From positions 4,749-68,748 of the forward strand of contig JACQZY010000003.1 in NCBI GenBank assembly GCA_016213645.1: a stretch of 64,000 bases of DNA. The letters run 5' to 3'. The DNA comes from Actinomycetota bacterium. GTDB taxonomy: Bacteria > Actinomycetota > Thermoleophilia > Solirubrobacterales > JACPNS01. Positions within the stretch are counted from its first letter, which is position 1; every line of letters begins with the position of its first letter. Shown here in pieces: positions 18,056 through 27,288 of the stretch. Under the pieces are notes generated by a model. That model worked only from the letters and a program-made list of their open reading frames with translations. It had not been told where the DNA came from and made no database searches. The position numbers were made by a program, and so were the translations under genes.

Positions 18056-18568
18056 GTGAACCGCCAGGACATTCGCTCCGCCGTAATCGCCGCCGCCGTA
18101 GCGGCGCTCGTTGCCGCGCCGCTCGCCGGCGCCGACGCCGTCGAGACGATCCGTCACGCGGTATCCGGTGGCAATACCGGCCATGCATCAAAGACCCACC
18201 ACCGGACACACACTGCCTCGCTTCGGCGCGGGCCACGCGGACAGTCCGGCCCAACGGGTGCGACCGGCGCAACTGGTGCGACCGGCTCGATTGTCGATCC
18301 CGCCGCTGTTCGCTGGCGTGCCGCAAGTCCGTTTCAGAAAATCACCCCGGCCGACGGCGTCAAACGTTTGGTTGCCGCGTGCCCCTCCGACAGCGTGGCA
18401 ATCGACGGCGGCTACACCACCGGCGACGCTGGCGACTCGATCCGAATCTTGGGCTTTGAACGGATCACCTCCACCTACGGCGGTCAAGAAGGATACGCAC
18501 TGACCGTGCGGGCGATCGGCGGTAGCGGCGGTTACCCACAGGTTCGGGCATTCTGCGCCGAGCCCTGA
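18056..18568 (+). CDS. Small secreted hypothetical protein with a short collagen-like Gly-X-Y run
   Basis: GTG 18056 gives the signal peptide VNRQDIRSAVIAAAVAALVAAPLAGADA. Seven consecutive triplets follow (GPR GQS GPT GAT GAT GAT GSI), then a Cys-containing C-terminal domain. Divergent from the PadR gene. Confidence 0.55.
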   Translation: MNRQDIRSAVIAAAVAALVAAPLAGADAVETIRHAVSGGNTGHASKTHHRTHTASLRRGPRGQSGPTGATGATGATGSIVDPAAVRWRAASPFQKITPADGVKRLVAACPSDSVAIDGGYTTGDAGDSIRILGFERITSTYGGQEGYALTVRAIGGSGGYPQVRAFCAEP

Positions 18569-18613
18569 TCGGCGGCATCGCGGCCGAGGCGAAGAACGCC
18601 GGCGCGGCGACGA

Positions 18614-19201
18614 CTATTCGACACGCGACGCGGCGGCAATGACCGCTTCATCAAGACGGTCTTCACCCCAGAACAACTCCGTGCCCACGACAACCGTGGG
18701 CACGCCGATCACGCCCCGCTGGACCGCCTCGTCCGTCACGTCGCGAAGCTGGTCCTTCACGCTCTGATCGCGTGCCGCCGCGAGCGCCTCGCTTGAGTTG
18801 ATGCCCGCACGCTCGGCGGCGGCGGCAATGTTTTCTTGCCTGCTCAGCTCGCGCCCAGCGTGAAACTGCTCGAAAAAGGCCGCCAACGCAAACTCGCGCC
18901 CCACGCCCGCCTGCTGCGCCCATGTCGCGACGCGCATCGCCGCAAGCCCGTTGTTTGGCCATTCACGCGGCCAAACGAACTCCGGCAGGCCAAGCCGCGC
19001 GCCACGCCGTTCTACATCCTCGATCCCGGCTTTTCGCGACGGCGTCTGAGCCCACGACGAGCGCCCCGTGGCACGAAAGATCCCACCCAGCAACACCGGC
19101 GTCCACTCGACCTCAACGCCCGGCCCGAACGCCTCGTCAATCCGCGTCGCCGCGAGATACGCGTACGGAGAGCCGAGGTCGTAATAGAAACGCACGGTCA
19201 T
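18614..19201 (-). CDS. DsbA-like thioredoxin-fold protein, 2-hydroxychromene-2-carboxylate isomerase family
   Basis: 195 aa. N-terminus MTVRFYYDLGSPYAYLA is typical of the HCCA isomerase/DsbA-like family. C-terminal GVPTVVVGTELFWGEDRL. Confidence 0.75.
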   Translation of the reverse strand: MTVRFYYDLGSPYAYLAATRIDEAFGPGVEVEWTPVLLGGIFRATGRSSWAQTPSRKAGIEDVERRGARLGLPEFVWPREWPNNGLAAMRVATWAQQAGVGREFALAAFFEQFHAGRELSRQENIAAAAERAGINSSEALAAARDQSVKDQLRDVTDEAVQRGVIGVPTVVVGTELFWGEDRLDEAVIAAASRVE

Positions 19202-19412
19202 GAAAACGGATCATAAGCAGCACGCGTGGCGGAATCGTCGTCGGACGCTTGGCTCGAAAAGCGAGATGACCGGTCCGGTGAACCAAATCGACGATGGCGG
19301 CCCGCTAGGGCCGCCATCGAGTTACATCGAATTGTGCGCCGGGGTCCCCCGGCCGCGCGTCGACGGCGCCACGCGGGGTGCCCCGCGTCAGCCGTCCGTT
19401 CCGCCAACCGCG

Positions 19413-20570
19413 TTAGGCGGTCACCGCCTGGCGCGGCATCAGCGTCTCCTTCGCGATCACCAGGCGCTGGATCTGCGAGGTGCCTTCGTAGAGCTGCATG
19501 ATCTTTGCGTCACGCATCAGCTTCTCAACCGGGTAATCCTTGATGAAGCCGTAGCCACCAAAGACCTGCACGGCGTCGACGGCCGTCTCCATTGCCGAGT
19601 CGCTTGAAAAGCGCTTGGCGTGTGAAGCCACCAGCGAATTGCGCTTGCCGTTGTCCAGCAGCCATGCGGCCTTCTGGTAAAGCAGACGCGAGGCCTCGAC
19701 CTTGGTCGCCATGTCGGCGATCATGAACTGGATCGCCTGGTGCATCGCGATCGGCACGCCGAACTGCACGCGCTCCTTGGCGTAGGCGACCGAGTGGTCG
19801 AGCGCAGCCTGCTGAATACCGGTGGCCATCGCGGCCACACCGGGACGCGTGGTGTCGAGCGTCCTCATCGCGAGCTTGAAGCCGTGATTCTCTTCACCCA
19901 GCAAGTTCTTGGCCGGGACCTCAACGTCGTTGAAGCTGATCGTCGCGGTGTCCGAGGCGCGCTGGCCGAGCTTGTCTTCCTTCTTGTCGACCATCACGCC
20001 GGCGTCGCGCGGGACAACGAACGCGCTAATGCCGCGATGACCGGCGTCAGGGTCGGTCTTTGCGTAGACCGTGTACCACGAGGCATGCGAGCCGTTGGTG
20101 ATGAAGCACTTGGAGCCGTTGATCACGTACTTGTCGCCCTTCTTCACGGCCGTGGTCTTCATGCCGGCCACGTCCGAACCGGCGTCCGGCTCGGTAAGGC
20201 AGAACGACGCCAGAATCGGCTCTTCAACGAGCGGCGCCAAGAACTCCTTCTTGATCTCGTCCGAACCACCGATCTCGACCGGTGCCGAGGCCAATCCGTT
20301 GGCGAAGATCGAAGTGGCGATGCCCGAGCATCCCCACGAAAGCTGTTCCTCGATGATCGCTCCGGAGAGCAGGTCCAAGCCCGCTCCGCCGTATTCCTCC
20401 GCGATCGAGGTGTTCATCAGACCAACTTCCCAGGCCTTCTTGATGATCTCCATCGGGAACTTGGAGTCGCGGTCGTGCTCCTCCGCGACGGGACGGATCT
20501 CGTTTTCGGCGAAGCTGCGCGCCGTCTCTTGGAGCATCTTCTGCTCGTCGGACAGTTCAAAATTGACCAC
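19413..20570 (-). CDS. Acyl-CoA dehydrogenase (short/medium-chain type)
   Basis: 385 aa with the full ACAD architecture. C-terminal catalytic region YEGTSQIQRLVIA, and FGGYGFIKDYPVEKLMRDAKI. Confidence 0.92.
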   Translation of the reverse strand: MVNFELSDEQKMLQETARSFAENEIRPVAEEHDRDSKFPMEIIKKAWEVGLMNTSIAEEYGGAGLDLLSGAIIEEQLSWGCSGIATSIFANGLASAPVEIGGSDEIKKEFLAPLVEEPILASFCLTEPDAGSDVAGMKTTAVKKGDKYVINGSKCFITNGSHASWYTVYAKTDPDAGHRGISAFVVPRDAGVMVDKKEDKLGQRASDTATISFNDVEVPAKNLLGEENHGFKLAMRTLDTTRPGVAAMATGIQQAALDHSVAYAKERVQFGVPIAMHQAIQFMIADMATKVEASRLLYQKAAWLLDNGKRNSLVASHAKRFSSDSAMETAVDAVQVFGGYGFIKDYPVEKLMRDAKIMQLYEGTSQIQRLVIAKETLMPRQAVTA

Positions 20571-20732
20571 GTTCTCGTGCTCCTTGCGGTGATTCGAATC
20601 GTTTGATTAGAGCCAAAACAGTGATGGGGGCGACTGCTGCCGGGCGCACACCAAGACGTCTTGAAAGCGGGCCAGAGTGTAGCGGTTTTCGGGTCGTTAC
20701 CGAACGATCGTGCGGACGCCGCACCGGCTTGC

Positions 20733-21881
20733 TCACGCGAAGTAGAAAGCCACGCCGAAAACGGCGTAAAGCGCAAGTAGCTGAAGCCCTTCAAACCAGT
20801 TGGATTCGCCGTCCGAGGTCACCTGATTCGCCGTCAGCACCGCGATCACCATTGCCGCCAGTTCGAATCCGTTGAACACCAGCGGCATCGGATGCGGACC
20901 GATGAAGAAGCTCAGCAGCACCAGCACCGGCGCGACCGTCAGCGCCACCTGAGCCGATGAACCGACCGCGATGTTCACGGCCAGATCCATCTTGTTTTTT
21001 ACCGCCACAAGTACGGCAACCCAGTGTTCAGCGGCGTTTCCGGCAATCGCGATCACGATCACGCCGACGAAGAACTGCGATAGCCCGATCGATTCCGACG
21101 CCACCTCGATCGACCCGACGAGAATCTCACTCATCACACCGACCACGACGGCCGCACCGGCCAGTACGGCGACGGATCGGCGTACCGGCCAGGCGAAGTC
21201 GGCGTCGTCGCCTTCGACCGGGTTGAAAAGCGAACGGTGCGTGACCAGCGAAAAGACCAGCCCCGCCGCATACGCCAGCAGCAAAATCACCGCCACAATC
21301 GCGGAAAGCTTCTCCACGGCCGGTCCGTAGTCCACATGATCCGGTCCGTTCACTCGCGGCAGGCCGCCATCTCCCGCGATCAAAACGTACGCGGCCGGCA
21401 TGATCAGCGCGGCAAGTGTGAGGAACAGCATTGACGATTGCACCGCGGCCGCTTTCGCGTTGAACGACTGGCCCTCGCGACCGAGGCCGCCCACGAACAT
21501 CGCCGCGCCCATCACCAGCAGGATGTTGCCGATGATCGAACCGACCAGCGACGCCTTGACCACCTCGTGAAGCCCTGCGTTGAGCGCGAACACCGCCACG
21601 ATCAGCTCCGGAAAATTGCCAAAGGTCACGTTCAACAGTCCGCCGATACCAGGACCGCTACGAGCCGCCAATTCCTCGGTGGCGCGCCCCATCATCGCCG
21701 CCGCCGGGATCAATCCGATCACGGCGGTGGCGAAGATCAGCGCCGACGAGGCGTGAGCCACGTCGAGCACGATCGCAAGTGGAATTGAGACGGCCAGCAA
21801 ATACGGCCAGCCGTCGGCGGAGAACAGGAAGCCAAGCGGCCCGCCACGCGGGCCGCCCTCACCGTTCGACACGGCGTTCAC
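20733..21881 (-). CDS. Ca2+/H+ antiporter (CAX/ChaA family)
   Basis: Two alpha-repeat signatures, GNFPELIVAVFAL and IAGNAAEHWVAV, with about 11 TM segments. GTG 21881 lies 10 nt after the upstream stop. The track start at 21944 would overlap the upstream gene by 53 nt. Confidence 0.85.
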   Translation of the reverse strand: MNAVSNGEGGPRGGPLGFLFSADGWPYLLAVSIPLAIVLDVAHASSALIFATAVIGLIPAAAMMGRATEELAARSGPGIGGLLNVTFGNFPELIVAVFALNAGLHEVVKASLVGSIIGNILLVMGAAMFVGGLGREGQSFNAKAAAVQSSMLFLTLAALIMPAAYVLIAGDGGLPRVNGPDHVDYGPAVEKLSAIVAVILLLAYAAGLVFSLVTHRSLFNPVEGDDADFAWPVRRSVAVLAGAAVVVGVMSEILVGSIEVASESIGLSQFFVGVIVIAIAGNAAEHWVAVLVAVKNKMDLAVNIAVGSSAQVALTVAPVLVLLSFFIGPHPMPLVFNGFELAAMVIAVLTANQVTSDGESNWFEGLQLLALYAVFGVAFYFA

Positions 21882-21891
21882 GAAGAAAGAC

Positions 21892-22779
21892 TCAGTTTGT
21901 GGCGCCCAGGCCGCCGAACATGCCGCCCAGCGCGTCCAAAGCACCCTTGCCCGCGACGACGTTCGCAGGCTTCTTGATCGTGACCGGCGTGTTGACCTTT
22001 GTCAGCTCCGCCTTGACCTTGAAGCCGCCCGATCCAGAGTCCGAAGCGCCCGTGGCGCCGCCCATCGCGCCCATATTGAACGAGGTCTCAAACTCGACCA
22101 AGCGCGGTAGCCCGTCGGAATCGATGCCGACCCGCACCTTCGTGTCTTTGAACATCTTCGCCAGCGACTTGATATCGCCGAAACCGGGAATGCTGCCGGG
22201 TATCTGACCCTTGGCCTGCTTCTCAACTTCGTCCGCGGCCTTCGTGACGTCCACGGTGGTGCTGTAAACGGTGACCGTCTCGCCGTTGACGGTTTGTGTG
22301 CCCGCCGGCTTGACCTCGCCAATCATGCCTTCGAGCGCTTTGAACATCTCGTCGATCTGCTTTTGGTCGATCTTTCCGGTCGAAGCGGTGGCGCCGGACG
22401 AGTCGCCCAACGACGTCGCCTGGCCGCCGAACTCCATGTAGCTCTTGCCGTCGACCATCGTGAAGCCCATTTCCTGCTTCTGGCCCGCGATGTCGAACGC
22501 CATCGTGAAATGCATCGCGGCGCCGCCCTTCGCTTTCATGTCGAACGCACCGTCACCGGTGATCTGCATAGATCCGGGCATACCGCCGCCCGAGAAGGTG
22601 GCCGAGTACTTCATTTCGCCGGACTTGACCTTGGAGGCGTTTAAAAGCGAGGTCTTGACGGCCTCTTGCGGGTTGTCGGCGTGTTTGGCGGCGCTCGTCT
22701 TTTTGTCACCGCAGCCGGTCGCCAGGAGCGCGAGCGCGGCGACGAGCATAAGGGCGGCGTAGGTGCGAAATCGATGCAT
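21892..22779 (-). CDS. Lipoprotein, LolA/LppX-LprAFG-like
   Basis: ATG 22779 gives MHRFRTYAALMLVAALALLATGCGDKK (lipobox LATGC). The body is beta-rich and resembles the upstream gene in organisation. Gly-rich C-terminus. Confidence 0.7.
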   Translation of the reverse strand: MHRFRTYAALMLVAALALLATGCGDKKTSAAKHADNPQEAVKTSLLNASKVKSGEMKYSATFSGGGMPGSMQITGDGAFDMKAKGGAAMHFTMAFDIAGQKQEMGFTMVDGKSYMEFGGQATSLGDSSGATASTGKIDQKQIDEMFKALEGMIGEVKPAGTQTVNGETVTVYSTTVDVTKAADEVEKQAKGQIPGSIPGFGDIKSLAKMFKDTKVRVGIDSDGLPRLVEFETSFNMGAMGGATGASDSGSGGFKVKAELTKVNTPVTIKKPANVVAGKGALDALGGMFGGLGATN

Positions 22780-22789
22780 GTTCGCCAGC

Positions 22790-23896
22790 TTACTTGCCAA
22801 GGCCGTCGTCAAGCGCCGTGCCGGCCGAGCCGCCCTGGCCAAGCGATTGGAGGGCCTTGAACGGCAGCGGGCTCGACGGCGGCTTCACATTGACCGGCTT
22901 GTTCGGACGGCTGATGCCGATCCGCAGATTTAGGCGGCCGCCGGTGATGCCGCCGGTCGTGGAGGCGAACTCGGCCGGCGTTGTGAAATCCATCGTCAGG
23001 TCAAGAAGACGCACGATGCGGTCGTAGCGGCCGACATACACGATGACCTTGGCATTGCGAAAGCTGGATTTGAGTTGCTTGATGTCGTCTTCGGTGAGCT
23101 CTGGCACCTTGGCGCCGGTCACGCCTCCGAGCGCTTTCGCCGAAGCCGACAGATCCTTCAGCGCGGCAACGACGTCGACGGCGGCGCTGGTGCGCCAAGT
23201 CGACGTGCCGTCGATCTCCGAACCGGACCCAACCCGCGGATTTTCGAGCCACCGGTCGAAGTTCAGCTTCAGGCCCGTCAATCCGTTTTGTTTCGGTTTC
23301 GACTTGCCGCTGTCACCGGAACTGAGTTGCTTTGTGGCCTTGCGCAAATCCTTCGTGGCTGACGCGGGCAACTCGTAAGCCTGTCCCTGAATGACCGTGT
23401 ACGCCTTTTCTCCGGTCGTCAGCAGCACTACCTCCTGACTGCGCTCGCCGGAAGTGACGGTGTAGTTGATCTTCGCAAGCGGCAGCGGCTTACCGGGGAT
23501 CAACTCGAAAGGCCCGCTAAGGCTGATCGTCGATGTTTCCGCAGTGGCGCTGCCCTTCGGCGTGATCGACATCTTGAAGTTGAACGTGCCTCGCTCAACA
23601 TCGCCGAAGCTCGTCGAAGCCTGACGCATCAGATCCCCGGCGGATGGAGTGCCGGTGTTCAGGATCAGCGCGACAAGCACCGCGAAGGCGACAAGCGGCG
23701 CCAACAGCCACGCGTAATAGCCGCCGGTGCGCCGCGGCCGGGCACGACCTGGACGACGCGGCGGCGCTTCGGACCGGCGTTTTGACGAATCGTCGCGGGC
23801 GCGGGCGCGGGCGTCGCCGTCGCCATCCTTCGCGTCGGCGGACTCGCTGATCTCGTAGTCGCCGGAATCCGTGGGGGTGGAATCGTCGATGGGCAC
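22790..23896 (-). CDS. Membrane-anchored LolA/LppX-like protein with a charged cytoplasmic N-terminus
   Basis: Start is uncertain; GTG 23896 (VPIDDSTPTDSG..) is chosen. An acidic then Arg-rich segment precedes one TM (YYAWLLAPLVAFAVLVALIL) and a beta-rich ectodomain. The upstream part of the 454-aa track ORF is not protein-like and collides with the divergent gene at 24089. Confidence 0.6.
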   Translation of the reverse strand: MPIDDSTPTDSGDYEISESADAKDGDGDARARARDDSSKRRSEAPPRRPGRARPRRTGGYYAWLLAPLVAFAVLVALILNTGTPSAGDLMRQASTSFGDVERGTFNFKMSITPKGSATAETSTISLSGPFELIPGKPLPLAKINYTVTSGERSQEVVLLTTGEKAYTVIQGQAYELPASATKDLRKATKQLSSGDSGKSKPKQNGLTGLKLNFDRWLENPRVGSGSEIDGTSTWRTSAAVDVVAALKDLSASAKALGGVTGAKVPELTEDDIKQLKSSFRNAKVIVYVGRYDRIVRLLDLTMDFTTPAEFASTTGGITGGRLNLRIGISRPNKPVNVKPPSSPLPFKALQSLGQGGSAGTALDDGLGK

Positions 23897-24088
23897 CGTG
23901 ATCGCGACGGTAGCAACGAATCCGGCCGAAGCGCACCGGCAGGAGGCGAATTCAAGCAACCACAACACGCCGTCAACGGAGCCCCGGACCGACGAATAAA
24001 TCCCTGCAATTCGGCTGATTGTCCGATCGAAGTGCAGGATCTGTTTCGAACCGAAACTCAGGCGCCCCGAGGGTTTTACCTTTAGTGA

Positions 24089-25477
24089 ATGGATTCGAAT
24101 CGTCTGGGCAACCGCGGTCGGCGAACGACCGCGCAAAGCATTGCTGTTCGGCACCCCGCGGCGCGGTCACTTTGTGCCTTGCTGCTGGCCGTCATCGTGA
24201 CGCTGGCGGCAGGTAGCACGCCTGCCGCCGCCTCGACCGTCAGCGGGGCGATCTCGTCACTTGAGCAAAGCGGTTCGATCACCACTGAGCAGGCCGATTA
24301 CGCGCGCGGCGCCTACATGGACGCGCGCACCGTGCGCCGCGCCGCCTCCGGGGCCAGTCGTCAGGCAATGCGATACCAGATCCGCCGCGTCGAAAACCTC
24401 GCGCGAGACGACCGCATCACCGCCGGTCGCATGCGGCCGCTGTTCGAGACCCTGCAACGAAACGCCGACTGGTTTCACAAGAACGGCCCACGCCCGTTTG
24501 GTACCGACGACCGCTTCGGGAACAGCCGCATCATCTACCAGTACTTCCCCGGCCAGGGTTGGGAGTTTCATCCGCTCAGCAACTTCGCCAAGCTCAACGC
24601 CGTCTGGACGGTCAAGTCCAAACCCGCGCGCCGCGCGCTCGGCAAGTACGCACACGAATTAATCGACTGGGCGGTCGATCGCGGCGGCGCGCTGACCTGG
24701 GAGTACTACTTCCCGTTCAGCGGCAGCGATGCGCCGTTCATCAGCTCGATCTCGCAGGGCACGGCGATTCAAGCCTTGGCACGTGCCGGAAACGCACTCA
24801 ACGACGCCGAGATCACGGCCGCCGCACGAAAAGCGATGCTGGCCTTTGACAACGCGGCGCCGGTCGGCCTGAAGCTTCCGCGCGACGTGGGCAATCACTA
24901 CCTCGGCTATTCGGGCAATTCCCGGCTGATAATCCTCAACATGTTTTTGCAGTCGCTCGACGGCCTGCACGACTTTTCGATCATCACCAACGACGAGAAA
25001 GCCTGGGACCTGTACCGCGAGGGACTAAAGGCGGCGCGCCGCGAAACCGCCGACAGCGACACCGGCGCTTGGTCGCTGTACAACGTGGGAGGGCACGAGG
25101 CCAGCCTGAATTACCACAACCTCGTGATCGGTTTTCTGCGCAAGATCTGCGATGAAACAAAGGAAGACATCTTCTGCAACACACGCGAGCACTTCAGTTC
25201 TTATCTCGGTGAGGCGCCGAAAATCACGGACGTCAAGACAAAGGTGCGGCGTAAGAAATTGATCGTCACCTTCCGGCTTTCGAAGATGTCAACCGTCAGC
25301 GTCAATTCCTCGCGCGGCGGACGGGCGGCCGCCGGAGCGCGCGCCACGATCGGCTACGGCAGCCGCCGCTTCACGCTCGCGAAACCGAAGAAGAAGGGCA
25401 AGTACAAGCTCAAGTTCGTGGCCGTCGATCTCGCGGGCAACCGCGGATCCGCCAGCGCCGTCGTGCGCGTGCGCTGA
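24089..25477 (+). CDS. Secreted D-glucuronyl C5-epimerase-like (alpha/alpha toroid) protein with a C-terminal Ig-like domain
   Basis: Signal-like LCALLLAVIVTLAAGSTPAAAS. Blocks recalled from the C5-epimerase C-terminal family: ISSISQGTAIQALARAG, LIILNMFLQSLDGLHDF, GAWSLYN..EASLNYHNLVIGFL. The C-terminal beta-strand region ends KYKLKFVAVDLAGNRGSASAVVRV. Confidence 0.6.
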   Translation: MDSNRLGNRGRRTTAQSIAVRHPAARSLCALLLAVIVTLAAGSTPAAASTVSGAISSLEQSGSITTEQADYARGAYMDARTVRRAASGASRQAMRYQIRRVENLARDDRITAGRMRPLFETLQRNADWFHKNGPRPFGTDDRFGNSRIIYQYFPGQGWEFHPLSNFAKLNAVWTVKSKPARRALGKYAHELIDWAVDRGGALTWEYYFPFSGSDAPFISSISQGTAIQALARAGNALNDAEITAAARKAMLAFDNAAPVGLKLPRDVGNHYLGYSGNSRLIILNMFLQSLDGLHDFSIITNDEKAWDLYREGLKAARRETADSDTGAWSLYNVGGHEASLNYHNLVIGFLRKICDETKEDIFCNTREHFSSYLGEAPKITDVKTKVRRKKLIVTFRLSKMSTVSVNSSRGGRAAAGARATIGYGSRRFTLAKPKKKGKYKLKFVAVDLAGNRGSASAVVRVR

Positions 25478-25597
25478 ACTCGCACTTCGCACGCGCGGAT
25501 TTCGCGCGCGGCGCAATCGGGCTCTTCGCGCGGATTCCTCCGGCCGTGTTCGCCCACGCCGGCGGCGCGTGCTTGCGAACCTGGAATAATCCCGCGC

Positions 25598-26827
25598 GTG
25601 AGTCCGCGGACGATCCTCTACACCGGCAAGGGCGGCGTCGGCAAGACCAGCGTGGCTACCGCGACCGCGCTGGCCTGCGCGCGCGCAGGCCAGCGGACGG
25701 TTGTGATGAGCACCGATCCCGCGCACAGTCTCAGTGACTCACTTGACACGCAGCTCGGCTCCACCCCGCGCGAGGTGACAAAAAACCTGTTCGCGCAGGA
25801 GGTACAAGCCAACGAAGAGATGGAGCGTCACTGGGCCTCAGTACAAAGCTGGCTGACCGATCTGCTGGCCGACCGTGGGCTGGAGCGGATCACCGCCGAG
25901 GAACTGACCGTGCCGCCGGGCTTTGACGAGCTTTTCGCGTTGCTACAGATCAAAGAGCACCACGACAGCGGCGAGTACGACGTGGTCGTTGTGGACTGTG
26001 CGCCGACCGGCGAGACGCTCCGGCTGCTGAGCTTTCCCGACGTCGCGAAGTGGTGGATCGAAAAGGTCTTCCCGTGGGAGCGCAAGCTGATGGCCGCCGC
26101 GAGGCCGTTCGCGAAGACGTTTCTGGACCTGCCGCTGCCCGACAAAGCCGTTTACGACGAGGTCGAACGGCTGGTCGGCAGCTTGGTGGCGATGAATGAG
26201 ATTCTGCGCGACCGCTCGCGGACCAGCGTGCGCCTGGTGATGACGCCCGACCGCATGGTTATCAACGAGGCGATGCGCACGTTCACCTACCTCAATCTCT
26301 ACGGCTATTTGACCGACGCGGTGATCGTCAACCGCCTGTTTCCGGAAGAACTCGACGGCGGCTACTTCGAAAACTGGCGCGCCACGCAGCAGAAGCACCT
26401 CAAGCTTGTGCGAAGCGCTTTCGAACCGGTACCCGTGCTGACCGCGCCCTACTTCGACGAAGAGGTGATCGGCGAGCAGATGCTCGACAAACTCGGCGAC
26501 GCGATCTTCTCCGGCACTCCCGCCGAGGCGGCGCCCGGCGACATCCTCTTCGACACGCTGATCCAAGACATTTCCGTCAACAACGGCACCGCGACACTGC
26601 TGTTGTCGCTGCCGTTTGTGGAGAAGGGCGAGATCGGCCTGAACAAGATCGGCCTCGAAGTGGTGATCCGCGTAGGCGACCAAAAGCGCACGCTGATGCT
26701 TCCGTCCTCGCTGGTCGGGTATAAACCAGCAGGCGCCAAGATCGAGGACGGTAGATTGCGAGTGGATTTCAAACAGGCCGAGCGCGTCGTGCGCGGCGGC
26801 CGTGACGTCAAGGAGCCGGTGGCTTGA
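25598..26827 (+). CDS. ArsA/Get3-family ATPase with a C-terminal HSP20-like domain
   Basis: GTG start. Deviant Walker A YTGKGGVGKTSVA, DPAHSLSD signature, VVDCAPTGETLRLL. The C-terminal beta-sandwich-like part reads NNGTATLLLSLPFVEKGEIGLNKIGLEVVIRVGDQKRTLMLP. Confidence 0.85.
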   Translation: MSPRTILYTGKGGVGKTSVATATALACARAGQRTVVMSTDPAHSLSDSLDTQLGSTPREVTKNLFAQEVQANEEMERHWASVQSWLTDLLADRGLERITAEELTVPPGFDELFALLQIKEHHDSGEYDVVVVDCAPTGETLRLLSFPDVAKWWIEKVFPWERKLMAAARPFAKTFLDLPLPDKAVYDEVERLVGSLVAMNEILRDRSRTSVRLVMTPDRMVINEAMRTFTYLNLYGYLTDAVIVNRLFPEELDGGYFENWRATQQKHLKLVRSAFEPVPVLTAPYFDEEVIGEQMLDKLGDAIFSGTPAEAAPGDILFDTLIQDISVNNGTATLLLSLPFVEKGEIGLNKIGLEVVIRVGDQKRTLMLPSSLVGYKPAGAKIEDGRLRVDFKQAERVVRGGRDVKEPVA

Positions 26828-27288
26828 GCCCGACCGCGCACAACGGAGGAAACGGTTCCGGCAACGGATGGGGCGACGAATTTGACGAGCCCGTCAGCGA
26901 GCGTCCGCGCAAGCGCGATCGTCGCGGTTTCGACGATTTCGACGACTTGATTCGCGATCCCGAGTACGCACAGGACGAACCGGGTGACGACCCGTTCGAG
27001 AAATTTTCCCAGGGCTGGGACGACCCCGCCGAGCAGTACCGGCGCGCGCGTTCGCGCTCCGGCGGCGCGGCCGGAGCCGCCAGCGGAGTGACCGACGCCG
27101 TGCTGCACTTGGTCGAGATGCTCGCCGGCGCTGCCGGCGACGCACTGCCACCGGACTCACGGAGGCGCCTTGAAGGCATGCTGCTTGACCTGCTGATGGC
27201 GGTGCGAGACTCGATCGACGGGATGATCGAGCGACTTGAAGAACGCGTCGACCACGAAGTGGAGATTGAGGAGATTCAAATTGACTGA
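26824..27288 (+). CDS. Hypothetical acidic protein, translationally coupled to the ArsA-like ATPase
   Basis: TTG start overlaps the ArsA stop (TTGA). 154 aa with a disordered Asp/Glu/Gly-rich N-terminal half and a helical C-terminus, LLDLLMAVRDSIDGMIERLEERVDHEVEIEEIQ. No family recognised. Confidence 0.5.
   Translation: MSPTAHNGGNGSGNGWGDEFDEPVSERPRKRDRRGFDDFDDLIRDPEYAQDEPGDDPFEKFSQGWDDPAEQYRRARSRSGGAAGAASGVTDAVLHLVEMLAGAAGDALPPDSRRRLEGMLLDLLMAVRDSIDGMIERLEERVDHEVEIEEIQID

Noticed and set aside
17988-18326. Upstream 113 codons of the 293-aa PadR ORF
   Set aside because: The sequence is Arg-rich and non-protein-like, and it would overlap the divergent secreted-protein gene. The PadR fold needs only the C-terminal roughly 110 residues. 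The exact start remains uncertain.
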